A stretch of 64,000 bases of DNA from Cenarchaeum sp. (GTDB taxonomy: Archaea > Thermoproteota > Nitrososphaeria > Nitrososphaerales > Nitrosopumilaceae). The notes under the pieces are model-generated. The model did no database searches, was not told where the DNA came from, and saw nothing but the letters and a program-made list of their open reading frames with translations. The first letter of the stretch is position 1. Every line of letters begins with the position of its first letter. Position numbers and translations under genes: made by a program. The stretch is from the NCBI GenBank assembly GCA_965212015.1, contig OZ243037.1, forward strand, positions 448,001 to 512,000. Direction: 5' to 3'. Of this stretch, positions 20,317 through 31,094 are shown piece by piece.

Positions 20317-20919
20317 ATGGTCTCAAGGAGGGGCTCGGGCATGCGGCTTAGCTTTGGAATCCCGCACGTCCTAAAGGCCCTCGGAATGCTGAAAAAAGAT
20401 CGCTACGTCAGCAGGGCGACATTCTCAAGGGAGCTGCACCTGGGCGAGGGATCAGTCAAGACGCTAATTGCACACCTAAAGGAGTTCGGCATGGCCGACT
20501 CGATAAAGTCCGGAACGCACCTCACCGGCGCGGGGGAAAAACTTGCATCAGAGCTGTTCGGGGTGATTAATAGCGAGTGCACGCTTCCAGAGTCGCCTCT
20601 TTTGGACTCGCCTAGCAACCACGCAGTATTGCTGCGGAATCATTCAGGCGGCATCAGGGCCGGCGTGGAGCAGAGGGATTACGCCATAGTATACGGGGCA
20701 AAGAGCGCAGTCACTCTACTGTACAAGAATGACGATTTTGTGTTTCCCGCAGGAGAAAAGATTGCACTCGGCGCAGGCGAAAAGACCAGGGACGTGCTGA
20801 TAGGCATGTCCCCGCAGGAGGACGACGTCATCATAATCGCATCCTCAGACGACGAGTTTGTCTCAGAGATATCCGCAAAGCACTCCGCACTGTGTACAAT
20901 GGCCGCCCACCGGAGCTAG
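20317..20919 (+). CDS. Winged-helix protein (DUF4443/DUF2111-like)
   Basis: LHLGEGSVKTLI HTH, GVEQRDYAI motif; the frame is open upstream to a CTG at 20287. Confidence 0.78.
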   Translation: MVSRRGSGMRLSFGIPHVLKALGMLKKDRYVSRATFSRELHLGEGSVKTLIAHLKEFGMADSIKSGTHLTGAGEKLASELFGVINSECTLPESPLLDSPSNHAVLLRNHSGGIRAGVEQRDYAIVYGAKSAVTLLYKNDDFVFPAGEKIALGAGEKTRDVLIGMSPQEDDVIIIASSDDEFVSEISAKHSALCTMAAHRS

Positions 20920-20959
20920 ATTGGCAAGATATTTACTGTAAGCAGGCATTGTATAATGC

Positions 20960-21607
20960 GTGAACTGGTATGTCTTTATGGCAATCCCGATAATTGCGGG
21001 AATCGCCGCAGGCTATGTTATGGCAAGCTCATCTGAGCAGCCCGCGGGCCATCTTGCCGCATCTAGCCTGACTGGCGGCGGCTCGCCTGTACTGGGCGAC
21101 GAGTCAGCATCGGTGACCATCCTGGAGTGGGGCGACTATCAGTGCACGTTTTGCTTCAAGTTTCACTCATCAAGCCTCGAGGTGCTAAAGCGGGATTACA
21201 TCGAGGCCGGCAGGGCAAAGCTGGTATTCAAGGACTTTCCGTTAAACGGCCCGGACTCTGTGCTTGCCGCCGAGGCCACGTACTGTGCGGAGGATCAGGG
21301 CAGGTACTGGCAGTACCACGACGCGCTGTACTCGGGATGGGCAGGCGAGAGGACTGGATGGATAAACATGGACTCACTTGGAGGCTTTGCCGAATCCGCC
21401 GGGCTGGATACATCGGAATTCTACGAGTGTATGGATGAGAAAAGGCACGCCGAGAGGGTGCAGGATTTGTGGGAGTTTGGGCGCGCAACCGGCATCGATG
21501 CGACGCCGTCGTTTTTCATATTCAACGACGAGGAGATAATCAAGATTCGGGGAAACCAGCCGCTTGAGGCATTCGTGCAGGCAATCGACGAGCTTGACGG
21601 CAGCTAG
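20960..21607 (+). CDS. DsbA/thioredoxin-fold oxidoreductase
   Basis: WGDYQCTFC CxxC, KDFPL, GIDATPSF. Confidence 0.92.
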   Translation: MNWYVFMAIPIIAGIAAGYVMASSSEQPAGHLAASSLTGGGSPVLGDESASVTILEWGDYQCTFCFKFHSSSLEVLKRDYIEAGRAKLVFKDFPLNGPDSVLAAEATYCAEDQGRYWQYHDALYSGWAGERTGWINMDSLGGFAESAGLDTSEFYECMDEKRHAERVQDLWEFGRATGIDATPSFFIFNDEEIIKIRGNQPLEAFVQAIDELDGS

Positions 21608-21651
21608 ACTCTGACCAAGATTAATATTCACAGCGGCGTATAGTCCCGCCA

Positions 21652-22932
21652 ATGGGCAAGATCAAGATCGAAAAGCAGGACTCTGTAAAGATGTACAAGA
21701 TAAGAAAGACGCTCAGTGATCTCTCAGACATCGAGGGCCACGGCACGGAGCTGATAAGCGTGTACATTCCAAAGGGAAAGCAGCTCCACGAGATAATCGG
21801 CATCCTAAAAGAAGAGCAGGGGACTGCCGACAATATAAAGTCGGACCTCACACGGACGCACGTAGTCGACTCGCTTGGAAAGGTGATTCAGAGGCTGCGC
21901 CTCTACAAAAAGACGCCCGAGAGGGGGCTGGTCATATTTTGCGGCGCAATCTCGCCCAAGGGCAGCACCCACATCGGAAGCGAGACTGTCAGGGCATTTG
22001 AGCTCGATCCGCCAAAGGACCTAAAGACGTTCCTTTACAGGTGCGACGATCACTTTCACGTGGACATTTTAAAAAACATGCTAAAGGACGACAACCTGAT
22101 AGGCTTTCTTGCAATCGACGCCAAGGACGCCGGATGGGGGCTGCTGCACGGCGACAGGATAGAGGAGCTAGACCAGACAGGCTCCGGTGTTGCAGGAAAG
22201 CACAGGCAGGGCGGCCAGTCCGCCAAGCGCTTTCAGAAGCTCAGGGAGATGGAGCTCACATACTATTACAACAGGGTCGCAGGCGTGACGCGCGAGTACT
22301 TTATAGACATCTATCCGGTAAAGGGCCTGATAATCTCGGGGCCCGGCCCCACAAAGGAGGACTTTATCAACGGGAACTATCTCGAGTACAGGCTGCAAAA
22401 CATGATAATCTCCACGCTGGATACGTCGTACTCCGGATACGAGGGCATACGCGAGTCATTCAACAAGTCAGCAGACACGCTGGCCGATTTCCGCATGGTC
22501 GAGGAGAAAAAGCTAATAGAGAGGCTGTTCCGCGAGATCAACTCGCACTCCGGACTCGGCGTGTACGGCCTCGAGGAGGTAATCGGACTATTAAAGAACA
22601 ACGTGGTCGACACGCTGGTAATCACCGACGACTCTGAGCTCAACAGGATAGAGGTGACGTGCAACAGGTGCAAGAACACGCAGGAGGAGATTGTGGGGCG
22701 GCGCGACGTGATTCCAAGGAGGACAAAGCTGCTCGCCTCGCCGTGCCCGGGCTGCAACTCGCACGATCTGGGCGCGACTGATTCGGACATTGTGGACCAT
22801 CTTGCGCTGATTGCCGCAAAGACCGGCTCGAGGATAGAGGTGGTAGCAGGCAAGTCCGAGTACGGCATGCAGCTTGCAAGCCTGGGCAAGATTGGCGCGC
22901 TTTTGAGGTACAATCCGAGCCATTCGGCGTAA
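21652..22932 (+). CDS. prf1: Peptide chain release factor aRF1
   Basis: GTELISVYIP, NIKS, YRCDDHF, GGQS motifs. Confidence 0.98.
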   Translation: MGKIKIEKQDSVKMYKIRKTLSDLSDIEGHGTELISVYIPKGKQLHEIIGILKEEQGTADNIKSDLTRTHVVDSLGKVIQRLRLYKKTPERGLVIFCGAISPKGSTHIGSETVRAFELDPPKDLKTFLYRCDDHFHVDILKNMLKDDNLIGFLAIDAKDAGWGLLHGDRIEELDQTGSGVAGKHRQGGQSAKRFQKLREMELTYYYNRVAGVTREYFIDIYPVKGLIISGPGPTKEDFINGNYLEYRLQNMIISTLDTSYSGYEGIRESFNKSADTLADFRMVEEKKLIERLFREINSHSGLGVYGLEEVIGLLKNNVVDTLVITDDSELNRIEVTCNRCKNTQEEIVGRRDVIPRRTKLLASPCPGCNSHDLGATDSDIVDHLALIAAKTGSRIEVVAGKSEYGMQLASLGKIGALLRYNPSHSA

Positions 22933-22933
22933 T

Positions 22934-23341
22934 CTAGATGCATGCGCGTATCTTTATTGCAATATCCTCTAGCTCAGAGTCGCCTGGAATCTGGCGCTTG
23001 AGCCACGCAGGCCCCCTGTGGTTGTATCTCGGGATTATATGCACGTGTACGTGCGGCACTATCTGCTTTGCGGCCCGCCCGTTGTTTTGCGCCAGCGTGA
23101 ATGCGTCAGCACCGGTGCCTGCCAGAATCGAGCCGGCGATTTTCGGGATTTTGGCAAACATGTCGCCCACCTTTGCCGAATCCATGTCCGTAATCCTTTC
23201 GTGGTGTTTTTTTGGCACGACCAGGCTGTGGCCCCGGTCTATCGGATATCGGTCCAGAAACACCACCATATCGTCGTCATCATACAGGAAATGGCCCCGC
23301 TTTTCGCCGCGTATTATATCGCAGAATATGCACCCCAACAC
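22934..23341 (-). CDS. HIT family hydrolase
   Basis: CIFC, GHSLVVPKKH, HVHVHIIPR. Confidence 0.95.
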   Translation of the reverse strand: MLGCIFCDIIRGEKRGHFLYDDDDMVVFLDRYPIDRGHSLVVPKKHHERITDMDSAKVGDMFAKIPKIAGSILAGTGADAFTLAQNNGRAAKQIVPHVHVHIIPRYNHRGPAWLKRQIPGDSELEDIAIKIRACI

Positions 23342-23413
23342 ACCACACAGGCTCGGTTATTTTATTTAGATTCATCGATTCGCTTAATTAGGGTCTGTTC
23401 TGAAAATCACACC

Positions 23414-24010
23414 ATGGGCAAAAAGACGCGAAGGGAGAGGGAGGAAAAGCGCGACAGCTATGCCACACAGCACAACAAGCAGCAGCGAAAGAACATACTG
23501 ATCGCCGCAGGCGTCTTTGCCATAGTCGGCGTAATTGTCGGGGTTTCGGCTTATAATTTCGTGGTAATGCCTGCCAACGTTCTAGGCGGCCCGCCAGGCG
23601 CGGGCACGTTTGGCGACGAGCACGAGCACGCCTCGATTCTAACTGTCATACACGGAGACAGGTTTGACTTTTCGGGATCCGCATACCAGACCAAGAACAG
23701 CTGGATTCATTTCGAGTCACAGGACGGGACCACCATCCACAGGCACTCTTCTGGCGTCACCATGGGATACCTCTTTGACAGTCTGGCCATCACGGTGGAC
23801 GAGGAGTGCTATGTGTTCCCAAGCGGGCGCGAGTTTTGCTCCAATGACGAGTTTGAGCTAAAGTATTACGTCAACCGCGTACAGGTGCCGGACATATACG
23901 AGCACGTACTGGATGATGAGGACGACATTTTGATAATCTTTGGCGACGAGTCAGATGCAGAGATTGACACGTACCTCGACGAGGTCGGCGCGCAGGCCAT
24001 CATGGCGTAA
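23414..24010 (+). CDS. Conserved membrane-anchored His-motif protein
   Basis: Basic N-terminus, one TM helix, HEHA...IHFE...IHRH; start MGKKTRR. Confidence 0.8.
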   Translation: MGKKTRREREEKRDSYATQHNKQQRKNILIAAGVFAIVGVIVGVSAYNFVVMPANVLGGPPGAGTFGDEHEHASILTVIHGDRFDFSGSAYQTKNSWIHFESQDGTTIHRHSSGVTMGYLFDSLAITVDEECYVFPSGREFCSNDEFELKYYVNRVQVPDIYEHVLDDEDDILIIFGDESDAEIDTYLDEVGAQAIMA

Positions 24011-24143
24011 AAAAGCGGGGTTTTTCCCCTTGCCACCGATTATACTCCAAAACGCCCGTGCCTGCCTCGTGCAAGAATTCCCGGATTATCAGGCACGCGG
24101 GGTGTTTAATGTTTATAAGAGTCATTAGCAGTAAAAATACTAG

Positions 24144-24455
24144 ATGACAAGTCAGGCCCCGGCATCCGATGTAAAACAAATTGACCTTACAATTCACGAG
24201 TTATTCGGGGATATGAACTGTATAAGACACGTATGCTATTCGAATGTGGAAGAAAAATATCGATTGATTGTAATTTTCAAAGACGAGGATTTTGAATCCG
24301 CTTTTACCGCAATAGACAATAAAATCATAGAGTTGGAAAAGCTGCTGCCAAATATAGATATCGAACCGTGGATTTTACACGTTTCCGAAGTTCATCCCGA
24401 TCATTTGATCAATACAAAAACTATTTTTAAGAAAAAAGACAATGACGGTGTGTAG
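24144..24455 (+). CDS. Putative antitoxin (degenerate MNT-like fold) paired with the HEPN protein
   Basis: Small acidic AT-rich ORF 3 nt upstream of the HEPN-like gene; canonical GS..DxD motif not seen. Confidence 0.5.
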   Translation: MTSQAPASDVKQIDLTIHELFGDMNCIRHVCYSNVEEKYRLIVIFKDEDFESAFTAIDNKIIELEKLLPNIDIEPWILHVSEVHPDHLINTKTIFKKKDNDGV

Positions 24456-24458
24456 ATC

Positions 24459-24851
24459 ATGCTTCAACATAAATTACAAAGCACGCATAATGAAAAGATG
24501 TATGATTTTCTCCATACCAAAAATCCCAGTTTTATCGATTGGGAAATAACTGCATTGTTTTATACGGCATTGCATTTATTTGAGGCATATATATCTACAA
24601 ATAAAAATCCAAAATATAGAGATCATAAACATGAATCCCATTCAGCAAGAAAAAAATTTATGCGGGATCATTTTCCTGAATTATATGAAAATTATCATAT
24701 ATTATATACCATGAGTTTCAGATCTCGATATACGGTAGGATACGATATGTCAAATATTAACTTGAACATAACAAGAAATAATTTTGATGCTTTAAAAAAT
24801 AAAATATTGCAGCTAGAATCAAATGATCTTGATCCAAAACATAAGAGATAA
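24459..24851 (+). CDS. HEPN-like domain protein (putative toxin)
   Basis: DWEITALFYTALH...SHSAR...Y.ILY.MS.RSRY pattern. Confidence 0.7.
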   Translation: MLQHKLQSTHNEKMYDFLHTKNPSFIDWEITALFYTALHLFEAYISTNKNPKYRDHKHESHSARKKFMRDHFPELYENYHILYTMSFRSRYTVGYDMSNINLNITRNNFDALKNKILQLESNDLDPKHKR

Positions 24852-25227
24852 AATCTAGGTAAAAAGACCTGTCAGACGCCAATATTCCGAAAAAATTTCA
24901 GCGCCAAACATAATAATGTAAAAGTATTGACGGATGCCAGATATTGTGATTTTACAGACTGGCAGGATCAAATCTTGACACTGTGAAACGTATCAAAGGC
25001 AGAATCCCAAATGGCTCAATTTGTAGGGTACAAAAAAGATATGCAGGTAAAGTCTGTGAATATTCAGACTGGTGTGTTTTTTCTTGCACCAGTTCTAGCC
25101 GTTCCGGCCCGAAATCCGGAATTTTGTCGTCATAATGGGTAGTTTGGATCACACATGATGACACTCCGTGGGCCGATTCTGGCTCGATTACGCAAACCCT
25201 AAATTATAAAACCTACAGCATACATGC

Positions 25228-26901
25228 ATGGACGATACCGGCATATCTAGCAGAAACGTGGTGGACGGGACTGCCAGGGCGCCCCACAGGGCCATGTACA
25301 AGGCAATGGGGCTCGATGACGCTGATCTGGGCAGGCCGTTTGTGGGAATATGCCACACCGGTAATGAGGCCACGCCGTGCAACATACACCTTCCTGGCCT
25401 TGCACTGCATGCAAAAAGGGGTGCCGCCGACGGGGGCACGACTCCCAGGGAATTCTCTACAATAGCGGTAAGTGACGGCATTGCAATGGGACACGAGGGA
25501 ATGAAGTCGTCGCTTGTCTCAAGGGAGGTGATTGCAGACTCGATAGAGCTCATGATGAGGGCGCACCAGTACGACGGCCTGGTGGGAATCGCCGGATGCG
25601 ACAAGTCGCTGCCGGGGACAATGATGGCAATGGCGCGCCTGAACATGCCGTCGGTATTCGTGTACGGCGGAACGATAATGCCCGGAATGCTTGACGGCAA
25701 AGAGCTTACCATAGTGGACGTCTATGAGGCAGTCGGGGCATACGACGCAGGCAAGCTGTCCCTGGAGTCACTAAAGGACATTGAGAATACTGCGTGCCCG
25801 AACGCCGGCTCGTGCGGCGGAATGTTTACCGCAAATACGATGGCATCAATATCTGAGGCCATCGGACTTGCGCTTCCCGGAAGCGCCTCGCCACCAGCTG
25901 AGGACGACAGGCGGGAAAAGATTGTATACGATACAGGGGCGGCGTGTGCAAAGCTGGTAAAGTCCGGCATACGGCCGAGGGAGATTCTCAGCTTTGAGGC
26001 ATTTGAGAACGCGATAACCGTGCTAAACGCAGTCGGCGGATCTACTAACGGAATCCTGCACCTATTGGCGCTTGCCAACGAGGCGCGCATCAAGCTCTCG
26101 TATGACGACTTTGAGAGGGTAAGAAAAAAGACGCCGCATCTGGCAGACATGAAGCCCGGCGGAAGCTATGTCATGAACTCGCTTGACAAGGTTGGCGGAA
26201 TACCGTTTGTCCTGAAAAAACTAGACAAGAGCGGGCTGATTAACGGGGAGTGCATCACGGTGACAGGACGCACCATGCACGAGAACATAGAGTCGTTTGT
26301 GGTTCCAGATTCAAGGCAGGACATTGTAAGGTCCGCTGAGAATCCGATTCACAGTACCGGTACTGCCGTGATACTGAGGGGCACGCTTGCGCCAGACGGC
26401 GCAGTAATAAAGACTGCAGGAGTAGAGATGACGGAATTTGCCGGCAGGGCGCGCGTGTACGACAGGGAAGAGCACGCCTTTGACGCAGTCTCGCGCGGCG
26501 AGATATCAGAAGGCGATATAGTGGTCATAAGATACGAGGGCCCAAAGGGCGGGCCCGGAATGCGCGAGATGCTTGCCACCACTGCGGCGCTAGTGGGGCA
26601 GGGCCTTGGCAAAAAGGTGGCAATGGTTACTGACGGGCGGTTCTCTGGCGGCACCAGGGGGTTCATGGTGGGCCACGTCGCACCAGAGGCGTTTGTGGGC
26701 GGGCCCATAGCGCTGGTAAAAGAGGGCGATTCCATTACCATAGATGTTTTGACAAACAGGATTGACTTGGACGTATCACGTGAGGAGCTCGAGGAGCGAA
26801 AAAAACGCTGGGTCCGGCCGGAGCCAAACTATACTGCTGGTGCCCTGGCAAAATACGCATCACTGGTAGGCTCTTCATCAAATGGCGCAGTCACAGGCTA
26901 G
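25228..26901 (+). CDS. ilvD: Dihydroxy-acid dehydratase
   Basis: [41 protein letters not shown]. Confidence 0.98.
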   Translation: MDDTGISSRNVVDGTARAPHRAMYKAMGLDDADLGRPFVGICHTGNEATPCNIHLPGLALHAKRGAADGGTTPREFSTIAVSDGIAMGHEGMKSSLVSREVIADSIELMMRAHQYDGLVGIAGCDKSLPGTMMAMARLNMPSVFVYGGTIMPGMLDGKELTIVDVYEAVGAYDAGKLSLESLKDIENTACPNAGSCGGMFTANTMASISEAIGLALPGSASPPAEDDRREKIVYDTGAACAKLVKSGIRPREILSFEAFENAITVLNAVGGSTNGILHLLALANEARIKLSYDDFERVRKKTPHLADMKPGGSYVMNSLDKVGGIPFVLKKLDKSGLINGECITVTGRTMHENIESFVVPDSRQDIVRSAENPIHSTGTAVILRGTLAPDGAVIKTAGVEMTEFAGRARVYDREEHAFDAVSRGEISEGDIVVIRYEGPKGGPGMREMLATTAALVGQGLGKKVAMVTDGRFSGGTRGFMVGHVAPEAFVGGPIALVKEGDSITIDVLTNRIDLDVSREELEERKKRWVRPEPNYTAGALAKYASLVGSSSNGAVTG

Positions 26902-27104
26902 TCCGAACCGTGCACAGAGCATAAAATGGCACCCCTGCCGTCGATGACCTTTATGGCTATAGAATATCCGTCTGCAAGCCCCTTGCCGCACACCTCACAC
27001 AGTGCCGGCCTTGCGCTAGAGACGTGGACTCTTTTTGGGGCAAAATAAATGTCCTGTAGGATACCGGTGCTCTGAATCCTCGGCCTGGTCAGGATCTGGC
27101 TCAT
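26898..27104 (-). CDS. Small zinc-binding protein
   Basis: CEVC...CSVH; start MSQILT about 25 nt after a TTTATAT box. Confidence 0.7.
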   Translation of the reverse strand: MSQILTRPRIQSTGILQDIYFAPKRVHVSSARPALCEVCGKGLADGYSIAIKVIDGRGAILCSVHGSD

Positions 27105-27399
27105 GGACTGGCCGCGCCCCGATCTCATATAAATGTACCGTACCATACGGTAATCATTCAATATGGACGGTACGTCCCTTGGAGCCTGCCCGGGTATGAT
27201 ATGGCGCATGCGGCCGTATATGATGCGAGATGAGGCAGGATGCGATATTATACCTAGCAGGCGACTAGTTTGACCACGTGTCTGTTGAACCAAATATCCT
27301 TCTTGTCTAATCTGTTATTCTGACAGGGTTCTGTATAGCTCATAATGCTGTCTTTGAACGGGGAGTAAAAATCACTTTTTTATGTTAATATAGCAAATC

Positions 27400-27963
27400 A
27401 TGTACAGTAGATCAATGGAATTAATACTGAAAATCTACTGGTTATGGACCCAATTTGGGGAACATCAGGAAATGTTTGCTACCATTATGGAGATTATTGT
27501 AAAATATCCAGAAGTGATTGCTCTTATTGCAACAAGTATTACAGCAGGTATTTTAGCCTGGCAAACAAAGGAAAATCAAAAACGGACCAAAAAACAAAAT
27601 AGGCTTGAATCTATAAACTTAAGCGTTAAAATCGAGGATAAGATAATTGAAGATGATAAACTCAAGAAAATCAACAATACAATAAATGTTGGACACGCAG
27701 ATATGTTGATGGATGATTATATTGAAATGTTTTTAAACAGATACGAGGGTTTGGCCATGCAATGGAATGTTGATCTGATCGAAATAGAAGATGTTTATGA
27801 AATACATGGTGACATATTAGTTAAGATTAAAAAAAGCAAACATATTCAAAATTTTATAGAGGAAAAAACTACCAATGATGATGGTACCAAAAATGATTAT
27901 TTTTCTAAATTGTTAAAACTGTTAGATGCCAATCAAAAGTTTTACAAATTGAAAAAATCTTGA
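27400..27963 (+). CDS. Hypothetical AT-rich membrane-anchored protein (DUF4760-like)
   Basis: N-terminal TM helix, FLNRYEGLA...YFSKLLKL pattern. Confidence 0.65.
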   Translation: MYSRSMELILKIYWLWTQFGEHQEMFATIMEIIVKYPEVIALIATSITAGILAWQTKENQKRTKKQNRLESINLSVKIEDKIIEDDKLKKINNTINVGHADMLMDDYIEMFLNRYEGLAMQWNVDLIEIEDVYEIHGDILVKIKKSKHIQNFIEEKTTNDDGTKNDYFSKLLKLLDANQKFYKLKKS

Positions 27964-28328
27964 GCAAGGCTATATTATCGATCAAAATATTAGAGTTTAT
28001 GGACAAACCACATCATAGATTAAATCACACAGATAAAAAACCACATTTTTACGACATATGGATCTAAAAGCAAGCACAACTTCTTCATTCCTATAGGAGC
28101 AAATGAATAAACCATAGCAAGACTAGAATCAGAGCTCAAGGAAATATAAAAGCAACGTGAACAGTACAAAAAAAGCTTATCTCAGAGGACAGGCCGTGGA
28201 GCACATCAAAAAACTATGACAGGAGTGTTGATATTCTGCCTAAAAAACTGTCCAAGCCATACAAACTTTAGATTGTACCTATATGATTTTTATTTAATTT
28301 TGAATTTATATGAAACAATAACTTCATG

Positions 28329-28898
28329 TTAATGCTTCACAAGAATTATTCGATTAATATCTTTTTCTGTAAAAATCATTGAATCTCCAATTTGTATCCA
28401 TGACCGTACATTATTTATTTTTTGCTGTATTTCCGGATGTGATAATTCTAGCTCTCGTTTATGCATATCGTGAACAGACATTTGTTTAATCCAACCTCGA
28501 TAAATATCACCATTGACAGTATAAACGTCTACCCAATCCCCTATATTATTGAAAGCAAAATTTGCCCAAGCACTTCCTCGAGTTACATTTTTTCGCCAAA
28601 TATGATGTACAAACTCTCCAAATCCGAGACCTATTACTGTGGCCAATACAAAGTAGCTGATTATTATATCATACTGCAAAATTCTAGTTTCTATGTCTGT
28701 TATTGATTGGAATTTCCAAATCGCTGTAAATGGAACAAAGACAATCACACTAGAAATTATACTCCATAAAATAATTTGAAGGTTATTAAAAACAAATTCA
28801 TAAGATGCCCGCCAGCTAAACAACCTAAAAGTAAGAAATCCCGGAGCTAGTAAAATTACTATTGTATATGCCTCAGTGAGAGATGGAAATTCTGCCAT
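28329..28898 (-). CDS. Membrane protein, DUF6338-like
   Basis: LLAPGF, three TM helices, then SAW..F...WVDVYT.NG.IYRGWI...ELEL Sm-like domain. Confidence 0.72.
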   Translation of the reverse strand: MAEFPSLTEAYTIVILLAPGFLTFRLFSWRASYEFVFNNLQIILWSIISSVIVFVPFTAIWKFQSITDIETRILQYDIIISYFVLATVIGLGFGEFVHHIWRKNVTRGSAWANFAFNNIGDWVDVYTVNGDIYRGWIKQMSVHDMHKRELELSHPEIQQKINNVRSWIQIGDSMIFTEKDINRIILVKH

Positions 28899-28918
28899 AT
28901 CTTAACAACCACGCCAAA

Positions 28919-29035
28919 TTACGGATCAATGTTGGTGGGCTTTGGGCGTTTGGGGTGTAGTGCCACAACCGTCTCAGCAAGCTTGTATTTAGAGCCAGGA
29001 TTCTTGCCCGAATCTTGGTTAGAGTCGTTTCCCAT
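28919..29035 (-). CDS. 38-aa peptide with Pro/Lys-rich tail (not in ORF track)
   Basis: MGNDSNQDSGKNPGSKYKLAETVVALHPKRPKPTNIDP; CTTAAATA box about 25 nt upstream; paralogue at 33893. Confidence 0.7.
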   Translation of the reverse strand: MGNDSNQDSGKNPGSKYKLAETVVALHPKRPKPTNIDP

Positions 29036-29149
29036 ACTGTAGCATAATTGCAACTAGTATTTAAGATATCAATAAACCATGGATAACAGATTAGGTTCTA
29101 GAGAGGTATTTGGATCTACAGGCGCGGGACTAGTCGATTACAACCATCC

Positions 29150-29288
29150 AATAAAAAATGACAAGGATGCCAAGCGTCCCGATCACTTTCTGCTGTCATT
29201 ATAGAGGCATACTGCCCCACTGGGCGCCGAGATCATCCGATCCCTTCCTGTGCATATCCCACCGTCTAGGCATGGATTTCACGCCAAT
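29150..29288 (+). repeat. Dispersed ~140-bp repeat, copy 1 (copy 2 at about 33945-34080)
   Basis: Shared AAGCGTC.CGATCAC, GTCATTATAG, CTGCCCCACTGGG.GCCGAGATCATC, CTAGGCA..GATTTCACGCC. Confidence 0.85.
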
Positions 29289-29334
29289 CCTCTCCCGAGC
29301 CAGGCAGGCCAGGAGGGCAAAAAAGTCCTTTTGG

Positions 29335-29592
29335 CTTTACAAAAACTTTGTAAAGTGGGTTTTACTATTTGGCACTTTACAAAAAACTTTGTAAAGTCCT
29401 TTTAGCTTTACAAAAACTTTGTAAAGTGGGTTTTACTATTTGGCACTTTACAAAAAACTTTGTAAAGTCCTTTTAGCTTTACAAAAACTTTGTAAAGTGG
29501 GTTTTACTATTTGGCACTTTACAAAAACCAGATCCGGCCCATCTCAGTACGTGCCCGGCCGTGACTAGGCGTGAATTTCGCATCATGGATGT
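29335..29592. repeat. Array of 5.5 palindromes CTTTACAAA-AAC-TTTGTAAAG (~71-bp period) plus tail; directly repeated at 32386-32532
   Basis: Palindromes at 29335, 29375, 29406, 29446, 29477 and a half-site at 29517. Confidence 0.95.
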
Positions 29593-29909
29593 CTAGGCAG
29601 TACCTCACACTACGGGTTATCTTGTCCAAAAAGTAGTTCACCCCCATGTCTGAGAGCCCGCAGGGCTGTCACCAGCATGGATTAATGCGCTGAATCAAAA
29701 AATTATACTCCAGATACAAAAATACGCCCGACATTGCATATCCGTTGCCCCATGTGCAGGCCAAAAGATGGCCTCTTTGTACGCAGGGAGTGCGGTTGTT
29801 GACTAGCAGAGCAGGGAGAAATACCATGTCAGGCGGGGGTGGAACTTTTTGATCCCGCATTCACAACTAGCGCCGAAAAGGATTAAACCTGCAAAACACA
29901 CCGAGGATC

Positions 29910-30344
29910 ATGCCTGATTTTGCCATACAGGGAGTTGATCATATCGAGATGTTCGTATCAGACAGGCTAAAGGCCGCCAAATGGTATGAGAAAATATTCG
30001 GATTCCGGCCAATTCAGGAATTAGACGCATGGTCAAGGACAGGGCCGCTTTTTGTCGGCAATAGGGAAAAAACAGTAGTGCTGGCCATGATGGACGGCAC
30101 AAGGGACAGTGACGGCTCTATCAACAGGGTGGCGTTTAGGACCACGGGGGCGGGATTTACGGATTTTGTAAAAAGCCTTGGCGAGATGGGCCTGTTTTGT
30201 TTAAAGGACAAAGTCACCAGGGCAGACGTGGTGGATCACGATTTGTCCTATTCGCTTTACTTTGATGATCCTGACGGAAACAAGTTGGAGATTACATCCT
30301 ATGATCACGATTACATAAAGGCCGCCATAAAGCAGTACGAATGA
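29910..30344 (+). CDS. VOC/glyoxalase family protein
   Basis: VDHIEMFVSD..AAKWYEKIFG, SLYFDDPDGNKLEI. Confidence 0.92.
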   Translation: MPDFAIQGVDHIEMFVSDRLKAAKWYEKIFGFRPIQELDAWSRTGPLFVGNREKTVVLAMMDGTRDSDGSINRVAFRTTGAGFTDFVKSLGEMGLFCLKDKVTRADVVDHDLSYSLYFDDPDGNKLEITSYDHDYIKAAIKQYE

Positions 30345-30368
30345 ATGCATTTGTTCTGACGGATTGAA

Positions 30369-30713
30369 TCACTCAGTCGGTACGGAAAACTGCAAATTCC
30401 ACTGCTTTGACCATTTTCTTACCAAATAGATCGCAATCAAGATTGATCCCACATAGCTTGCCAATGAAATCAATAACGGAATATTTTCTAAAAATGGTGT
30501 GAAGGATTCAGTACCAGCTAACATCACATATGAAACAGAAACAGAGCTTATGATTGATAGTGGTATTCCCACCAAAAATATCATTATCAGCAAATATCTG
30601 CGCAATCGCCGTATTTTGTATGCCGCATACATGTCAAGAATTGGAAGCAGGCAGTAGATTGTCTGGCGCAGCAGGCTTACAGGCTCTTCTTTGACCATCA
30701 ATTTTCCTTCCAA
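30369..30713 (-). CDS. Small membrane protein
   Basis: Hydrophobic helices; YAAYKIRRLRRY and RKWSKQWN motifs. Confidence 0.72.
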   Translation of the reverse strand: MEGKLMVKEEPVSLLRQTIYCLLPILDMYAAYKIRRLRRYLLIMIFLVGIPLSIISSVSVSYVMLAGTESFTPFLENIPLLISLASYVGSILIAIYLVRKWSKQWNLQFSVPTE

Positions 30714-31094
30714 TCGAGTGATTTTATGTTATTTTGTGAATTTTTTCCAATCTTTTGCATAATTTCGATCAAAATTTTTTACCCCTTTAATTATGTGGGG
30801 TTTTATGGCCGATTAACGGACGGCCCGTATTTTTCATTCCTGCCGCCACATTTGCCTCTACGCTAGTAGGATTATGATCGTACAAGCCACCTTTCCGAAC
30901 ATTATGCCCATTTTGAACGCTTTGGAATAATCGATGGTTCACAGATGGTCAATTGTGTCTCAGGATATGACGCGAGTCATCTGGACACGACGGATTAAGA
31001 CTTCACGGGTGCCGCCAGATATCAAATTCGTAGTGCTCTTGTCCCATGGCTTTAAATGATCCCGATCAACTGACATGCCGTCATATTGGCAGGA

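Noticed and set aside
12046-24884. 15-bp match TGTCAGACGCCAATA at 12046 and 24870 as att sites
   Set aside because: The enclosed DNA is mostly core genes and no integrase or tRNA is present
27134-27173. Imperfect inverted repeat upstream of the small zinc-binding gene
   Set aside because: Single imperfect occurrence; a possible operator but unsupported
29335-29528. CRISPR array
   Set aside because: Spacers are only 10-20 nt and alternate between two fixed sequences; no cas genes in the window
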